From an uncultured virus (IMG/VR IMGVR_UViG_3300030101_002968) (lineage: Duplodnaviria > Heunggongvirae > Uroviricota > Caudoviricetes): a stretch of DNA of 64,000 nt. The stretch is from the IMG/VR virus record IMGVR_UViG_3300030101_002968, positions 1 through 64,000 of that record. One strand, given 5' to 3'. Below, piece by piece: positions 26,525 to 37,402 of this stretch. Within the stretch, counting starts at the first letter, position 1. The number at the start of each line of letters is the position of its first letter. The translations under genes and the position numbers were made by a program. The notes under the pieces were generated by a model. That model saw only the letters and a program-made list of their open reading frames with translations, had not been told where the DNA came from and made no database searches.

Positions 26525-26866
26525 TTATTTACTACTCATAGCTATTTCAGAACTAACAGCAAACAACTCTGCTTTTGTAGTATTAACGTTTTTCATTTTA
26601 ACATCAGCGTAGTAACCAGTAAGCTTAGCATTACAAACATCTGCTTTTTTAACAAAAAACACATAATCACTGGTAGTAGGAAATACACTTGTAGAATCTA
26701 TGTCAATAGTTATTGTTTTTCTATCGTTAGATATACCTGTTACATCGCCAACGTAATATATCTCGTTAGACTGTTTTGTAAACACAGAATCTCTAGCATT
26801 AGCATTACCACCAACTTGTAAAGATTTGTTTATTTCATTTGCAAATGTTAAAGTTATTGTTGCCAT
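26525..26866 (-). CDS. Structural (tail-associated) protein
   Basis: 113 aa in the tail module; C-terminal L.GYYA.V......K.ELFAV.SE. Confidence 0.6.
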   Translation of the reverse strand: MATITLTFANEINKSLQVGGNANARDSVFTKQSNEIYYVGDVTGISNDRKTITIDIDSTSVFPTTSDYVFFVKKADVCNAKLTGYYADVKMKNVNTTKAELFAVSSEIAMSSK

Positions 26867-26867
26867 A

Positions 26868-28190
26868 TTACGATCCTAAATTATTATTATCTATTGCTGA
26901 TTGACCAGCAGCGGTTGTACCACTACCTGTAGACGAAGGCGGCCCAACAGAAACTTGTTGAAAACTTTGTACAGATCTAGTTGTGTGAGACACATACGCC
27001 TGAGCTGCTTGTTCTGATGCTAAAGAAACTACATTTACAACAGCTGGCGAGCTAAACTCTGTAAAAGTATCAGCAACGTTTTCTGTCAAAGTTATTGCAA
27101 AAGTTAAATTAGCAGTGCTGTTATTTTTTGGAAACTTTAAATAAATATAATATATTCCGTTAGAGTCTATAGTTTTTACACTGTTATTAGCAACTAAAAC
27201 ATGAGCAAAACCTATTAGTTCTGCTGAAGCAGCGCTTTGGCCTAAATTTAAAGTAACAGTGTCTGGTGAAGCATCTGTTTTACTAACAACCTTAACACCT
27301 TCTGTAACGGGTGTTGGACCACCCATAGAAACTATAGTCATGCCTTTATTAATAGGACCAGCGTTGGCAGAGTTAGAAAGGTTTAATGTAGTTTGATTTG
27401 TAACAGCGTTAGACTCATGGTTTACACTTATTGTATTAGATACTACACCTAATTTAAAAGTTGCGCCTGGATCGCCATAAACTATAAGCAATCTTGTTTC
27501 TGCTTTTTTGTTTATATTTCTTTTTGAAGGAAAGCTAATACTTGTTAAATCTACAAAAGAAGAAGCTTTTTTATTTGTTATTTCTTCAATGTTTTCACCA
27601 GGTGGTTTTACTAATAATTCGTAGCCGTATATTTTGTTTTGAGTGCCAGTTAAATCAACAATTGTATCAGCGGTAACATTTATAGTATCTGTTCCTTTTG
27701 TTTTTCTTAAACCAGCTTTATGAGTAATAACAAAGGTTCTTTTAATAAGTTCTGTAGTGTTTTCGTAAACATCAGTAGTTACAACTCTATAATTATTTAT
27801 GCTATGCACATCGTCAAAATTAATAACAGGATTAGGGCTTAATATTCTTCCCGCTATTCTTTCAACAACAATATTAAACGTGCTTGTTTCGTTAACTCTA
27901 CCGCCAGTGTTAAAAGTATTATCAGTGCTAATAAAAGTAATATTGTCGTTATTAGATATAGATACAGAAGCTCCAAAAGTAACCTTTGATCTTCTTGTAC
28001 CTGAATAAACTTCATCAACTACATTTGTTACAAAATAGTTTGTACTTGCAACTACTATTTTTTGACCAATTTTTATTTGAGGATTATTTGTAAAACGATG
28101 TACTGTATCTGTAGCTGTAACAACGCAAGTGGCCGTTGTGTTAATAGTAACACTACAACCCTGTTTATATATTTTTATTAATCCTGCCAT
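26868..28190 (-). CDS. Putative structural protein, beta-rich
   Basis: 440 aa, Thr/Val/Ser-rich, within the tail module. Confidence 0.55.
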   Translation of the reverse strand: MAGLIKIYKQGCSVTINTTATCVVTATDTVHRFTNNPQIKIGQKIVVASTNYFVTNVVDEVYSGTRRSKVTFGASVSISNNDNITFISTDNTFNTGGRVNETSTFNIVVERIAGRILSPNPVINFDDVHSINNYRVVTTDVYENTTELIKRTFVITHKAGLRKTKGTDTINVTADTIVDLTGTQNKIYGYELLVKPPGENIEEITNKKASSFVDLTSISFPSKRNINKKAETRLLIVYGDPGATFKLGVVSNTISVNHESNAVTNQTTLNLSNSANAGPINKGMTIVSMGGPTPVTEGVKVVSKTDASPDTVTLNLGQSAASAELIGFAHVLVANNSVKTIDSNGIYYIYLKFPKNNSTANLTFAITLTENVADTFTEFSSPAVVNVVSLASEQAAQAYVSHTTRSVQSFQQVSVGPPSSTGSGTTAAGQSAIDNNNLGS

Positions 28191-28191
28191 A

Positions 28192-31100
28192 TTATATTTG
28201 TTCTTGATAAGCTGATGCAGCTGTTATTGTTAATGTTGATGTTGTTCTGCTAGTTGGAAAACTAGATGATGAAATAGCAATAGTAACAGCTATAGACCCA
28301 TTAGTTTGTAAGGCTGTTGTTACAGTACCATTAAAATTACTTATAGACTCAGCATACGAAAAAGTAAAATCATTTGGATCTAACTTCCAAGGAACACCTT
28401 TTACAGTTTGAGGGTGTACATAAAACACAGCGTTATGAGTTATGCTAGCGCCTTGTTCTTTGTAAAACTTAATAGTATTGCTTGTTGATAAAGTATCAGA
28501 GGCTGAGTTGTTAATTATCCATTTTTTAGGATCTTTGTTAGCAGCTATATCTATAGCTGTAACAACGTGCTGTGCGGCTGAAGTATTACTATTGTAGTTT
28601 ACAGCAGAAGGACTACCTATACCTTGAACATTTAGAGCTTGTGTTTTTAACAAGTCTATGTCATTGTTTATTTTAGCGCCTTGTATAAAGTTAAAATATT
28701 TACCTTCTTTTTCTACAAACACCGGTACGCTTCCCGACTCTTTGTCTGTTTTTATTGTTTCTGCAACCCAACCAGTGTCACCTTCATACGTAATTGTTTT
28801 AAAAGTTTTTACAGAGTCTGGCTCTGTGTTAAACACCAAGTCTATTGTAGAATCATATTGATCACCGTAAAAATTGTTTCTAGTTAAATTTTCACCATGC
28901 ATGTATATCTCGCCAAGTTTAAAAGTAAAATAAGAGTTAGAGTACGATATACCGTCTTCAGGTATAAACGATTTAAAACTTGTCCAACCGTTTACTTTTT
29001 CAGTAAAGCTTAACGTTTGATTATTCAACGTTACATTATAGTGGTCTTTTAAAGAGTCATAAGAACCTTTTACTTCTAAAGAGTTATCTAAATTATCTCT
29101 AAAAAACTTAGACATACCTTTTTCAGCAATGTTAGTTATACCGTCGCCAGACAACCTTAAAATAGCACCTCTTTTTTTATCAGCAAAATAACATCTATAA
29201 CCATAAGAAGCAAACGACTCTGGGTTTTGTGATATACCATACTCACCTACAAATGGCACTACCTGACCTAAAACCTTGTTGGTTGCTGTAAGTTGAGGAT
29301 TACCATCAGCGTTAAACAAAGCATCTTTACTAGCTAAAACTTTTAAAACTTTATCTTCACATAAAACAATAACGTTTGTGTTTCTTGTAAAAAGCTTTTG
29401 CACGCTACCATAGTCAGGGTTTAAGTCTTTAGTTATTTTTTCGCCTTGTATAAATTGGTTTAAATTGTTAAAACTAGATTTAGAATTATATATACCTGAA
29501 TATATTAAACCGTTTATTTTTCTTTCTTCTTTATAATCAGTATCAAGTATTGTAGAAACTCTAGGACCTTTGTCTATTGTAACCGCATTAAAATCATCAA
29601 ATATTCTATTAGACTCAACACCGTTTCCAAATGCAAAACAATTGTAATAATTTAAAGTTGCTTTATTAACGTCAACAGTGTTGTTAATTAAACCGTCAGT
29701 TATCATAATACCACTACTTCTTGTTACTCCAACATTACCGTGCGGTAAAATATCTTTTTCTAAAACAATATCTTGAGAATAAATAACGTTATTGTTTTGA
29801 TCTTTTTTAAACACAGTTATAGTTTCTCCAGCTGGAATAGTTTTTAATACGTGTTGAGTATCTATTTGAAAAAGATCTAGTTTATTTTTTGAATTAGATT
29901 TAGCCTTTATTATAACAGCATTGTTAGCTAAAGGATTGTCACCGTCGGCTGTTCTGTAGCTTGTTTTAACACTCATGCCACTTCTAATAATTAACCTAGT
30001 TAAAGGTGTTTCGTAAAACAAATTTAAATCTACTTTTTCTTTTGGCAATACTTCAAACACGGCTGGTGTGTCGCTGCTTATAGTAGCTTCACCAAAATCA
30101 ATTTCACAAGCAGAAAAAGTTGCACTATTGCTAGTTGCTGTTTTTTCTTTATTTGATTTTTGCTCAGCGCTAGAAAAAGTTTTGCCAGATGTGTATAAAT
30201 TACTACTTAACTCTAAAGGTGTTATAGCTGCAACTGATTGGTTGCTAGTTTCTTCTAGCGGACTCCAAACAATACCTTTGTCTAATTGTATATCTATAAC
30301 TAAAGCATGCTCATAATACTTACCTTTGCCTGGGCCAAAACTTGCAGAAGTATCATCAACTCCAGTATTTACAATACCACCATTGTCTTTAACAACTACA
30401 GAATTTTTAGCAGGACACACAACACTTTTTCTAATTGTATAAACAGTGTTTGTTGGGTCGTTTGGAAATCTAAATGTCTGACCTACTGTTGTAAGGTATA
30501 AGTAAAAATTGTATAAAATACCTAAATTACCTTTTGTTTTTGCAAAACTATTTATACCTGTTATTTTAAAAGTACAGTTTGTTCTACCTAATTGCCAACC
30601 ATCACCTACATAAGGTAAAAATCGGCCTACACTTTTTGGGTTGTATTTAAAACCAACACTTTGATCAATACAAATAATAGGGTTTGTTGCTCCGCCTGAG
30701 TTTGAAGGGTCGTCATAGTTTATTTCTTTCATACTATAACCGTTAATCATGTCTTGGCTGTATACACTACTATTTAAAACGCCTCTAGTTGTTCCACCAA
30801 ATTTTACCCTTGTATTTGCACCGTTAACAGAAAGCGTAGCGGCATAAGCAACGCCACCTAGTGTTTCAGGATTTAAACAAAGACCGTTACCATTTTTAGT
30901 TCCAGCTATACGCCTAGTGTTTACGCCATCAAACAAACCAAAGTTTTGTCTAGACTGACGCCAAGCGCTTGATGTTCCACCGTTTTTAGCTGTGTAAAGA
31001 GTTTGTGGTATAGCATTAATGTCAAGCAGTTGTCTTATATAATCTGTAGACGTTGTTAAATTAGTGTCAGGAATAATAGTATCACTATTACCTTGGTCTA

Positions 31101-34100
31101 ATAACCATGTTTGCGCGTAAAAAAGCCTTGCAGAATCTCTACTTTTAAAAGTGTTTATAGAGTCTTGTGTTTTATATATAAATTCATTTATAAAACCATC
31201 TCTTTTTATTTGTATAAAAAACTTACCTTTAAATTCTTCGCCATAATCGTCAGTAGTTTGTTTGTAAAAATTACATTGAAGTTTTAAGTCTTGCGGATTA
31301 GGTAAAACCGTATTTGTAGCATTGTAAGAGTTAGGGTCAATGTCTAACAGTTCTATTCTAGTTGCTTGAGGTGAGTCGCCAATAAACCTTATATCATCGC
31401 CAAAAGGTTTTTTTGTTTTAAAATAAAACATATCTACAGCATCCTTAAAAAATAGCTCGTCATTGTGAACTTGACTTATAGACTCACTTAACACTAAAGA
31501 ACTATTACTAGTGTTTACGCTTGCTACAACTATAACTTTACCTTTGTAAGTTAAAGAGTTTTCATTGTCAACAAGCCTCATACCTTTTTTAACAACTTGA
31601 ATACCAGCACTAACATTAGTACCGTCTGATTGACTGGTACTACCATTATTGAAAAAATTAACTGATGCTGTAGTTGTATTTGCCGTGTTAGATATTAATA
31701 CGCAAACATTACCTTTTGACGTAACACCTTGAGCTGTTGTTCCTGTAATTTTTTCTACAGCAGTCTTTTTGTATATTTCTGTTAACTCGTATTTTTTAGA
31801 AACCGTACCGTTTAGCGTAGATTTTATTTCAAAAAATCTATTATCAATGTCGTACCAAACACCGGTGTTAGTTATATAAGAGTTAAACTCTTCTAACAGC
31901 TCAGTGTCTACCCTAAGATCAAACGCGCTAATTAAAAAAGTTGAAGAACCTTTTGTAGGGTATTTATATATTTGTTTTAAATATTTAGCGTTTATAGTGC
32001 TATTGCTATCAGAGCTGTCAACAACATTTCCAGCAGAAAAAGTTACAGAGCTTGTGCTCGACCCTACCTCTTCCATTTTAAATCTTAAATGTGTAGGAAC
32101 TTCTGCTTTTTTATCAATAACTTTATATTTTATAGTTGATCCAGCAGGAACATCAACAGCGTTTTCTGTGTCATGTTCTTTTTTTATAGCTATATAATCA
32201 TTTTCATTAATTTTATTTATTTCAGACGAAGGAAAAGAAATCCAAACATTTTCATCTTCTGTGTCGCTATAAAAACGATCCATTGCTAAATTATAAAACT
32301 CATTAGAAGAGTCTTTTATATAATATTTAAAATGCGTAGCCCAAGAAGGAGGCGACGATAATAAGCTGCATTGTATAGAGTTTTGAGTTTCAGACTTTTT
32401 TTGATCTAGTTTTATAATACCAGTTTCGTTTGTAAAGACAGGTGATTGTCTTCCGTAATTATCTAAAAACACAACACCAACCTGATAGTCTCTAATTGAT
32501 TTTAAAGATTTTAAAGGTACATCACCTATTTCAGAACTATTTAAAGAAACTTTAAATTTAACAGGAGTATTAAAATAATTGTATTGCTGCAAATAGTTTC
32601 CGTATAAAAGTCTATTACCAGTTATTTCTTGTGCTTTTGCTTTTCTAGGTACATTGTCATAAGGTCTTAGCATTTGATTTTCAGGTAGCAAAGACTTTAT
32701 TTCTTCTGACGTTATAATTATTTCGTCGTTTGATTTTAAGTCGTCAAGCTCAGAACCTTCAATAGTTCTTAATATATAAACGTTTGTAGAGTTAGATTTT
32801 TTGTATAACAAATCTATAGACTTAACATCTTCTGGCATTTCTTTAATACCAGACAAAGTAACTTTTCTAAGGTCGTTAACCATAGATTTATTGTAACCCA
32901 GTTTAGAGTCATAATTGTAACCCTCATCGTTTTTTGGTATAAAAGCAACTTCTGTAAAAGGTGATATTGCAGAGTATTCATTATCTATATATTTATATCT
33001 ATAAGAAAATCTTGCAAACTCTTTTTCATATATAGCGTCTGGCTGTACTCGCTTAGAAACAAATTTTAAAGAATTAACGTTGTCTATTATAGAATCATCT
33101 ATAGACAATATTTCAGCTTCAAACATTTGTCTATTAGTTCCAGTACCAATTGTACCGCAAGCAACTTCTGTTGGCTCTATTTTTTTAACGCTAACATTGT
33201 CAATAGCTCCAGCCCAGTCTGTGTCATTAAAAAACATTAGCTCTGAGTTACTGTTGTGGCTTCTTTGTTTAAAATAAACATTGTAAGTACCTGTTGCATG
33301 TGTAGGTAATAACAAGTGATTAGAATGGCCATAATCTGAGTCGTTAGCTGTTTGCAAATCATTAGTAGCTAATATAAGGTGTAATCTACCTTGATTACCT
33401 GAAGAACCACTAGAGGCAGTTGTTACTGTGTATGTTAGTTTGTAATATTCACCAGCAACAAGAGCTTCTGCCAAAACATTTCTAACATAGCCTTGCGCTG
33501 AAGATGTTGATGTTAAAGTACCACTGCTAACAAAAAAAGCAGCAGCAGAAGTTCCAATATCTGTAGTTCCAGTAGTTCCTGTATGCCAAGTTGTTAAATC
33601 TGAAAAATCACCATTAGCAATTTTTTCATTACCAACAAGACTAGCAGAAGTAACAACATCATTAGTTGTAGGTATTACTTTGTTATTACGAACTTGTACT
33701 TTTTCTGTTAACTTTAAAGTTATATCAACAAACTTATCACTATCAAAGCTAATAGCGTTAACGTCTTCTGCTTGTAATTTTATAATATCATTAACCTCGT
33801 AATTAGTACCTCCATAAAACTGTATTGGCTGTATTTTTATAGGTCTTGGTTTTGTCAAGCAATTTATTTCGTTAATTTTAACAGTACCTACAGTATTGTC
33901 TTGAGCAAAAAGAGCAAGCATACCGTCATTACCACTAACAGCTTGTTTCCACGTAATACTTATTTCATGAGTACCAACATCAAAAACTCTAGCTTCACGG
34001 CCATTTAAACCGTTAAACGTTGTTTGATTTAAGTTGCTGTTTTTTGATAAAAAACCTATAGTACCAGCTGTTGTAACAGTTATAGTAACTTCCATTCTAT

Positions 34101-35460
34101 ATATATGGCCAGCTAATAAATCTGTAGATTTAGTTATTTTTGGATATCTAACAGATCCAGAACCAGTACCGTCATAAGAATATGTTTTTGTACCAGAGTT
34201 GTAAGACCAACCAGAGCCATACTGTAATTGATTTGTACCGCTAGTAGCATCAGACCCTGTTAAAGTAATATCAAAACCAGTTCCATCGTTTAGTATACCA
34301 CCGTCTTTTAATAAATTTCCATTATTATCTATATAATTATCTGACGAAGTGCCAATAGGTTTTTTTAATATATTATTGCTAGAGTCTTTGTATGCCCAAA
34401 AATAACTATTGTTAAAAGGTGTTGACCAATGAAATATTCTAACTTTTGTTCCATCTGCAGGACTTGTTACTATAGTTTTAGCATTAACAGTAATAGTATG
34501 GTTTAGCCAGTCAACAGTTTTTACAGTGTGATATCTAACAGGTTCAGTATATGTACCAGATCCGTTTTCACTAATAGCAACTACCATGCCAGGTTCTACG
34601 GCTCTCCATTTTTTATAATCATTACCTGTTGTAAACCCTGTCGTGTCAAAAGAAATTATGTTACAACCATCGTCATCAACAAAGTTGTTACAAACTCTTT
34701 CTATAAAATCATCTTCTGTTAAATTGTATATTGAAGCGCTACCAGCTGTAGTTGCAAATATATTTTTAGATAAAAAGTCTTGTGATTCTGCTTGATCGAT
34801 TGTAGTTCTAGATCCTTTTACGTAAGTAGTATTACCCTTAGTGTGAGAAACACCTTTTACGTTACCTTCTCTTGTAGTATTAGAAAGACTAATTTTAGGT
34901 GCGTTTAGAGGATATTTTTTTATAACAGTAATTAATTCTTCATAAACATTGTTAGTATATGTACCGTCACTGTTTTGATATTTAGTAGTAGTAGAAAAAT
35001 CAGTAGAACCATTTTTCATTCTACTAATATTTATTTTTTTAGGTTCAGAGCTATTGTCTGTAAAAAACAAAAAGTCATCTATAACATTAACACCTGTTAT
35101 TAGGTTTTCTGCACTAAAGTTTAAAAAAGAATTATCATTTAGTTTGTTAGTGTCAACAAGTATTGGAACAACTTCGTTTGTAATAGGATTATACTCTGCT
35201 ATAATATCTTTTGAAGTATCTGACACAAACCATATAATAGTTTCTTTTTGTTTGTCAACAACAGAGCCTATACACGTGCCACCGCCGATAGCAGATTTAA
35301 CTACATTACCGTAAGCGTTTTGTGCAGAGCCAGCATCGCTAGACTCTGAAAAAGATACGTCAACATTTAGTGCATTTCTATACTCTCCATTAGGTATTAA
35401 TCTTTCATCAAGATCTTTGTTCATTCTACCTGCATGGAACACATTTTTTAATTCCGGCAT
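28192..35460 (-). CDS. Tail nozzle/stabilisation protein with large insertions
   Basis: N-terminal F.AGRMNKDLDERLIPNGEYRNALN, LFFTD..EPKKIN and C-terminal YGISQNPESFA...WTSFKSF; follows the ring genes. Confidence 0.75.
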   Translation of the reverse strand: MPELKNVFHAGRMNKDLDERLIPNGEYRNALNVDVSFSESSDAGSAQNAYGNVVKSAIGGGTCIGSVVDKQKETIIWFVSDTSKDIIAEYNPITNEVVPILVDTNKLNDNSFLNFSAENLITGVNVIDDFLFFTDNSSEPKKINISRMKNGSTDFSTTTKYQNSDGTYTNNVYEELITVIKKYPLNAPKISLSNTTREGNVKGVSHTKGNTTYVKGSRTTIDQAESQDFLSKNIFATTAGSASIYNLTEDDFIERVCNNFVDDDGCNIISFDTTGFTTGNDYKKWRAVEPGMVVAISENGSGTYTEPVRYHTVKTVDWLNHTITVNAKTIVTSPADGTKVRIFHWSTPFNNSYFWAYKDSSNNILKKPIGTSSDNYIDNNGNLLKDGGILNDGTGFDITLTGSDATSGTNQLQYGSGWSYNSGTKTYSYDGTGSGSVRYPKITKSTDLLAGHIYRMEVTITVTTAGTIGFLSKNSNLNQTTFNGLNGREARVFDVGTHEISITWKQAVSGNDGMLALFAQDNTVGTVKINEINCLTKPRPIKIQPIQFYGGTNYEVNDIIKLQAEDVNAISFDSDKFVDITLKLTEKVQVRNNKVIPTTNDVVTSASLVGNEKIANGDFSDLTTWHTGTTGTTDIGTSAAAFFVSSGTLTSTSSAQGYVRNVLAEALVAGEYYKLTYTVTTASSGSSGNQGRLHLILATNDLQTANDSDYGHSNHLLLPTHATGTYNVYFKQRSHNSNSELMFFNDTDWAGAIDNVSVKKIEPTEVACGTIGTGTNRQMFEAEILSIDDSIIDNVNSLKFVSKRVQPDAIYEKEFARFSYRYKYIDNEYSAISPFTEVAFIPKNDEGYNYDSKLGYNKSMVNDLRKVTLSGIKEMPEDVKSIDLLYKKSNSTNVYILRTIEGSELDDLKSNDEIIITSEEIKSLLPENQMLRPYDNVPRKAKAQEITGNRLLYGNYLQQYNYFNTPVKFKVSLNSSEIGDVPLKSLKSIRDYQVGVVFLDNYGRQSPVFTNETGIIKLDQKKSETQNSIQCSLLSSPPSWATHFKYYIKDSSNEFYNLAMDRFYSDTEDENVWISFPSSEINKINENDYIAIKKEHDTENAVDVPAGSTIKYKVIDKKAEVPTHLRFKMEEVGSSTSSVTFSAGNVVDSSDSNSTINAKYLKQIYKYPTKGSSTFLISAFDLRVDTELLEEFNSYITNTGVWYDIDNRFFEIKSTLNGTVSKKYELTEIYKKTAVEKITGTTAQGVTSKGNVCVLISNTANTTTASVNFFNNGSTSQSDGTNVSAGIQVVKKGMRLVDNENSLTYKGKVIVVASVNTSNSSLVLSESISQVHNDELFFKDAVDMFYFKTKKPFGDDIRFIGDSPQATRIELLDIDPNSYNATNTVLPNPQDLKLQCNFYKQTTDDYGEEFKGKFFIQIKRDGFINEFIYKTQDSINTFKSRDSARLFYAQTWLLDQGNSDTIIPDTNLTTSTDYIRQLLDINAIPQTLYTAKNGGTSSAWRQSRQNFGLFDGVNTRRIAGTKNGNGLCLNPETLGGVAYAATLSVNGANTRVKFGGTTRGVLNSSVYSQDMINGYSMKEINYDDPSNSGGATNPIICIDQSVGFKYNPKSVGRFLPYVGDGWQLGRTNCTFKITGINSFAKTKGNLGILYNFYLYLTTVGQTFRFPNDPTNTVYTIRKSVVCPAKNSVVVKDNGGIVNTGVDDTSASFGPGKGKYYEHALVIDIQLDKGIVWSPLEETSNQSVAAITPLELSSNLYTSGKTFSSAEQKSNKEKTATSNSATFSACEIDFGEATISSDTPAVFEVLPKEKVDLNLFYETPLTRLIIRSGMSVKTSYRTADGDNPLANNAVIIKAKSNSKNKLDLFQIDTQHVLKTIPAGETITVFKKDQNNNVIYSQDIVLEKDILPHGNVGVTRSSGIMITDGLINNTVDVNKATLNYYNCFAFGNGVESNRIFDDFNAVTIDKGPRVSTILDTDYKEERKINGLIYSGIYNSKSSFNNLNQFIQGEKITKDLNPDYGSVQKLFTRNTNVIVLCEDKVLKVLASKDALFNADGNPQLTATNKVLGQVVPFVGEYGISQNPESFASYGYRCYFADKKRGAILRLSGDGITNIAEKGMSKFFRDNLDNSLEVKGSYDSLKDHYNVTLNNQTLSFTEKVNGWTSFKSFIPEDGISYSNSYFTFKLGEIYMHGENLTRNNFYGDQYDSTIDLVFNTEPDSVKTFKTITYEGDTGWVAETIKTDKESGSVPVFVEKEGKYFNFIQGAKINNDIDLLKTQALNVQGIGSPSAVNYNSNTSAAQHVVTAIDIAANKDPKKWIINNSASDTLSTSNTIKFYKEQGASITHNAVFYVHPQTVKGVPWKLDPNDFTFSYAESISNFNGTVTTALQTNGSIAVTIAISSSSFPTSRTTSTLTITAASAYQEQI

Positions 35461-35463
35461 GTA

Positions 35464-36585
35464 TTAGTGTTTTATTTGTTTTGATTTACCTCTCATTACA
35501 GACGTTAACTCTTCTGCTTTTAAATTTGACAGTCTTAATTTAGCTGTTCTTATAGCAGCACGTCTTTCTTTTTTATATCTAGCTACTAAAAACTCTGGTA
35601 TATTAATTTTAGTTGCTAATATAGCGTGAGCAATATGTTTATATATAGCTTCTTCAGCAAACTTATGTACTATCATTTCAGCATCAGTACCTAAACCATC
35701 ACTTATATACTGTAATACAACAACCTTGTTTGTTAAATTTGATGAAAAATGTATTTTACCAGTATTATAATCTATAAAATAATCACCGTTAATACTTGCT
35801 AAAGAAGTGTCCATACCATATCTTCTTCCTTCGTTAATATCGTGTATATCTGTATCATATTCTGGATCATTGTTATTTCTTAAATGATCATCGTTAGCTT
35901 CTCTTCTTGTTAGCGTTGTTGACTTAGGATTAGATAAATAAGTACCATCGTTATTAAATATGTACTCATAATCTTCATCTTGTGATAATTCAGTTGGATT
36001 ACCAGTGTGTTTTGTAGGAACTAAAGGCCTAAAAACACCAGCGTTGTCTACCCACATTATTTTTACATAATTTACATAATCAGGTGGTAACTCCATGACA
36101 AGTGTAGGTGGTACTTCTAGCTCTTGACTTTTTGTAGACCTAAACGTGTCATAACTAAATTCTTGTATTCCTCTTTTTGCGTGAAACACAACGTCTGTTC
36201 TTTTGGCTCTGTTTATTATTTTATCTTCACCCGTGTAACCAACAATAAAGTTATTAACTAAATCTTCTAGTTTTATATACTGATAATTACCTAAATTTGG
36301 ATTTGTTATTATAACCTCAACACTTACACCTACCGGTATGTTTGTATTTAATACTAAAACACCTGTAGAAGCTGTATAACTTGTTATTGCAACACTGTGA
36401 ACAGCTATTAAAGCTCTTGACGTACTAGTAACACCATTTACCGTACCTGTTATATAAACGTTAAACAAACTGCTTGACGTAGGTAATGTTGGAAAATCTA
36501 ATGTAAATGTATTTGTTGGTGAACCAGTTACTGTAAATGAATTTAACCCGTGATATTGTTCTTGTGTTCCTTTAAATAATCCCAT
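35464..36585 (-). CDS. Head-tail ring/adaptor protein
   Basis: LPPDYVNYVKI motif; downstream of the capsid gene. Confidence 0.65.
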   Translation of the reverse strand: MGLFKGTQEQYHGLNSFTVTGSPTNTFTLDFPTLPTSSSLFNVYITGTVNGVTSTSRALIAVHSVAITSYTASTGVLVLNTNIPVGVSVEVIITNPNLGNYQYIKLEDLVNNFIVGYTGEDKIINRAKRTDVVFHAKRGIQEFSYDTFRSTKSQELEVPPTLVMELPPDYVNYVKIMWVDNAGVFRPLVPTKHTGNPTELSQDEDYEYIFNNDGTYLSNPKSTTLTRREANDDHLRNNNDPEYDTDIHDINEGRRYGMDTSLASINGDYFIDYNTGKIHFSSNLTNKVVVLQYISDGLGTDAEMIVHKFAEEAIYKHIAHAILATKINIPEFLVARYKKERRAAIRTAKLRLSNLKAEELTSVMRGKSKQIKH

Positions 36586-36588
36586 GTG

Positions 36589-37311
36589 TTATTGTTTTTC
36601 TTGTTGAACTTGTTTAACTTCTTCTTGAGTTGCAATTTGATATAACTGCGGATCTTCTATTGAAACACCAGCTAAAGCTAATATTTTTAATACTAATAAA
36701 GTTTCTTCTGACTCGTGTAGCTGAGGATTTGTTGAAGCGCCAGAGTTATATAACGCTGTACCTCCTACAGTTTCAAATCCCCACACAATATCTGTTGGCC
36801 TACAAACATAGTTACAAGTTACATTGTTAACCGTGTAAGTAGATGGTGGAGAAGATGGAAAAACCTTTATAGTTGTGTCTGTTTTTCTTGTGTAAACAGG
36901 GTAATCGCCAGAAGGTTGTGCTAGCGGCGATCTTTCCATATATACTAATTCTTTTTTATTTATTTGCTGTACTTCAACATCATAAGCCCCTGTTGGCGCG
37001 TAAAACACAGTTCCTAGTCTATAAACGTCAGTAGGTAGTGTTAAAGTATTACCATTAACAGCTGACATTGCTACTCTGTATTTTTCAAATGGACTAATTT
37101 TTTCTTCTAATAAACTAACCATGTTAGAATATTCTGTGTCGTTTGCTAATCGTCTGTCAAATTGATTTAAATCGTAGAAGTATTGCTCAAATATATCCAT
37201 TTGCGCTTGGTTTGCAAATAAATTAAATTCTTGAGGTGTAATATAGCCTCTTTGTTCTTTATTAGCGATTGCTAATACTCTTTGATGTACTGTATCTATG
37301 TTTATAGCCAT
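36589..37311 (-). CDS. Head-tail ring/adaptor protein
   Basis: NKEQRGYITPQEFNLFANQAQ, LPTDVYRL and Y...P motifs; position in module. Confidence 0.65.
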   Translation of the reverse strand: MAINIDTVHQRVLAIANKEQRGYITPQEFNLFANQAQMDIFEQYFYDLNQFDRRLANDTEYSNMVSLLEEKISPFEKYRVAMSAVNGNTLTLPTDVYRLGTVFYAPTGAYDVEVQQINKKELVYMERSPLAQPSGDYPVYTRKTDTTIKVFPSSPPSTYTVNNVTCNYVCRPTDIVWGFETVGGTALYNSGASTNPQLHESEETLLVLKILALAGVSIEDPQLYQIATQEEVKQVQQEKQ

Positions 37312-37361
37312 ATTATTTGTTTATAACTAGTAATATAGTCACTCAATACTACTAGTAAGTT

Positions 37362-37391
37362 AAAAAATAGCCACCCTAAAAAGAGTGGCTA
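37362..37391 (-). terminator. Intrinsic terminator
   Basis: TAGCCAC..GTGGCTA stem with an A-run on + (U-tract on -) after the 37403-38206 gene. Confidence 0.75.
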
Positions 37392-37402
37392 CTTTCATTA
37401 GG

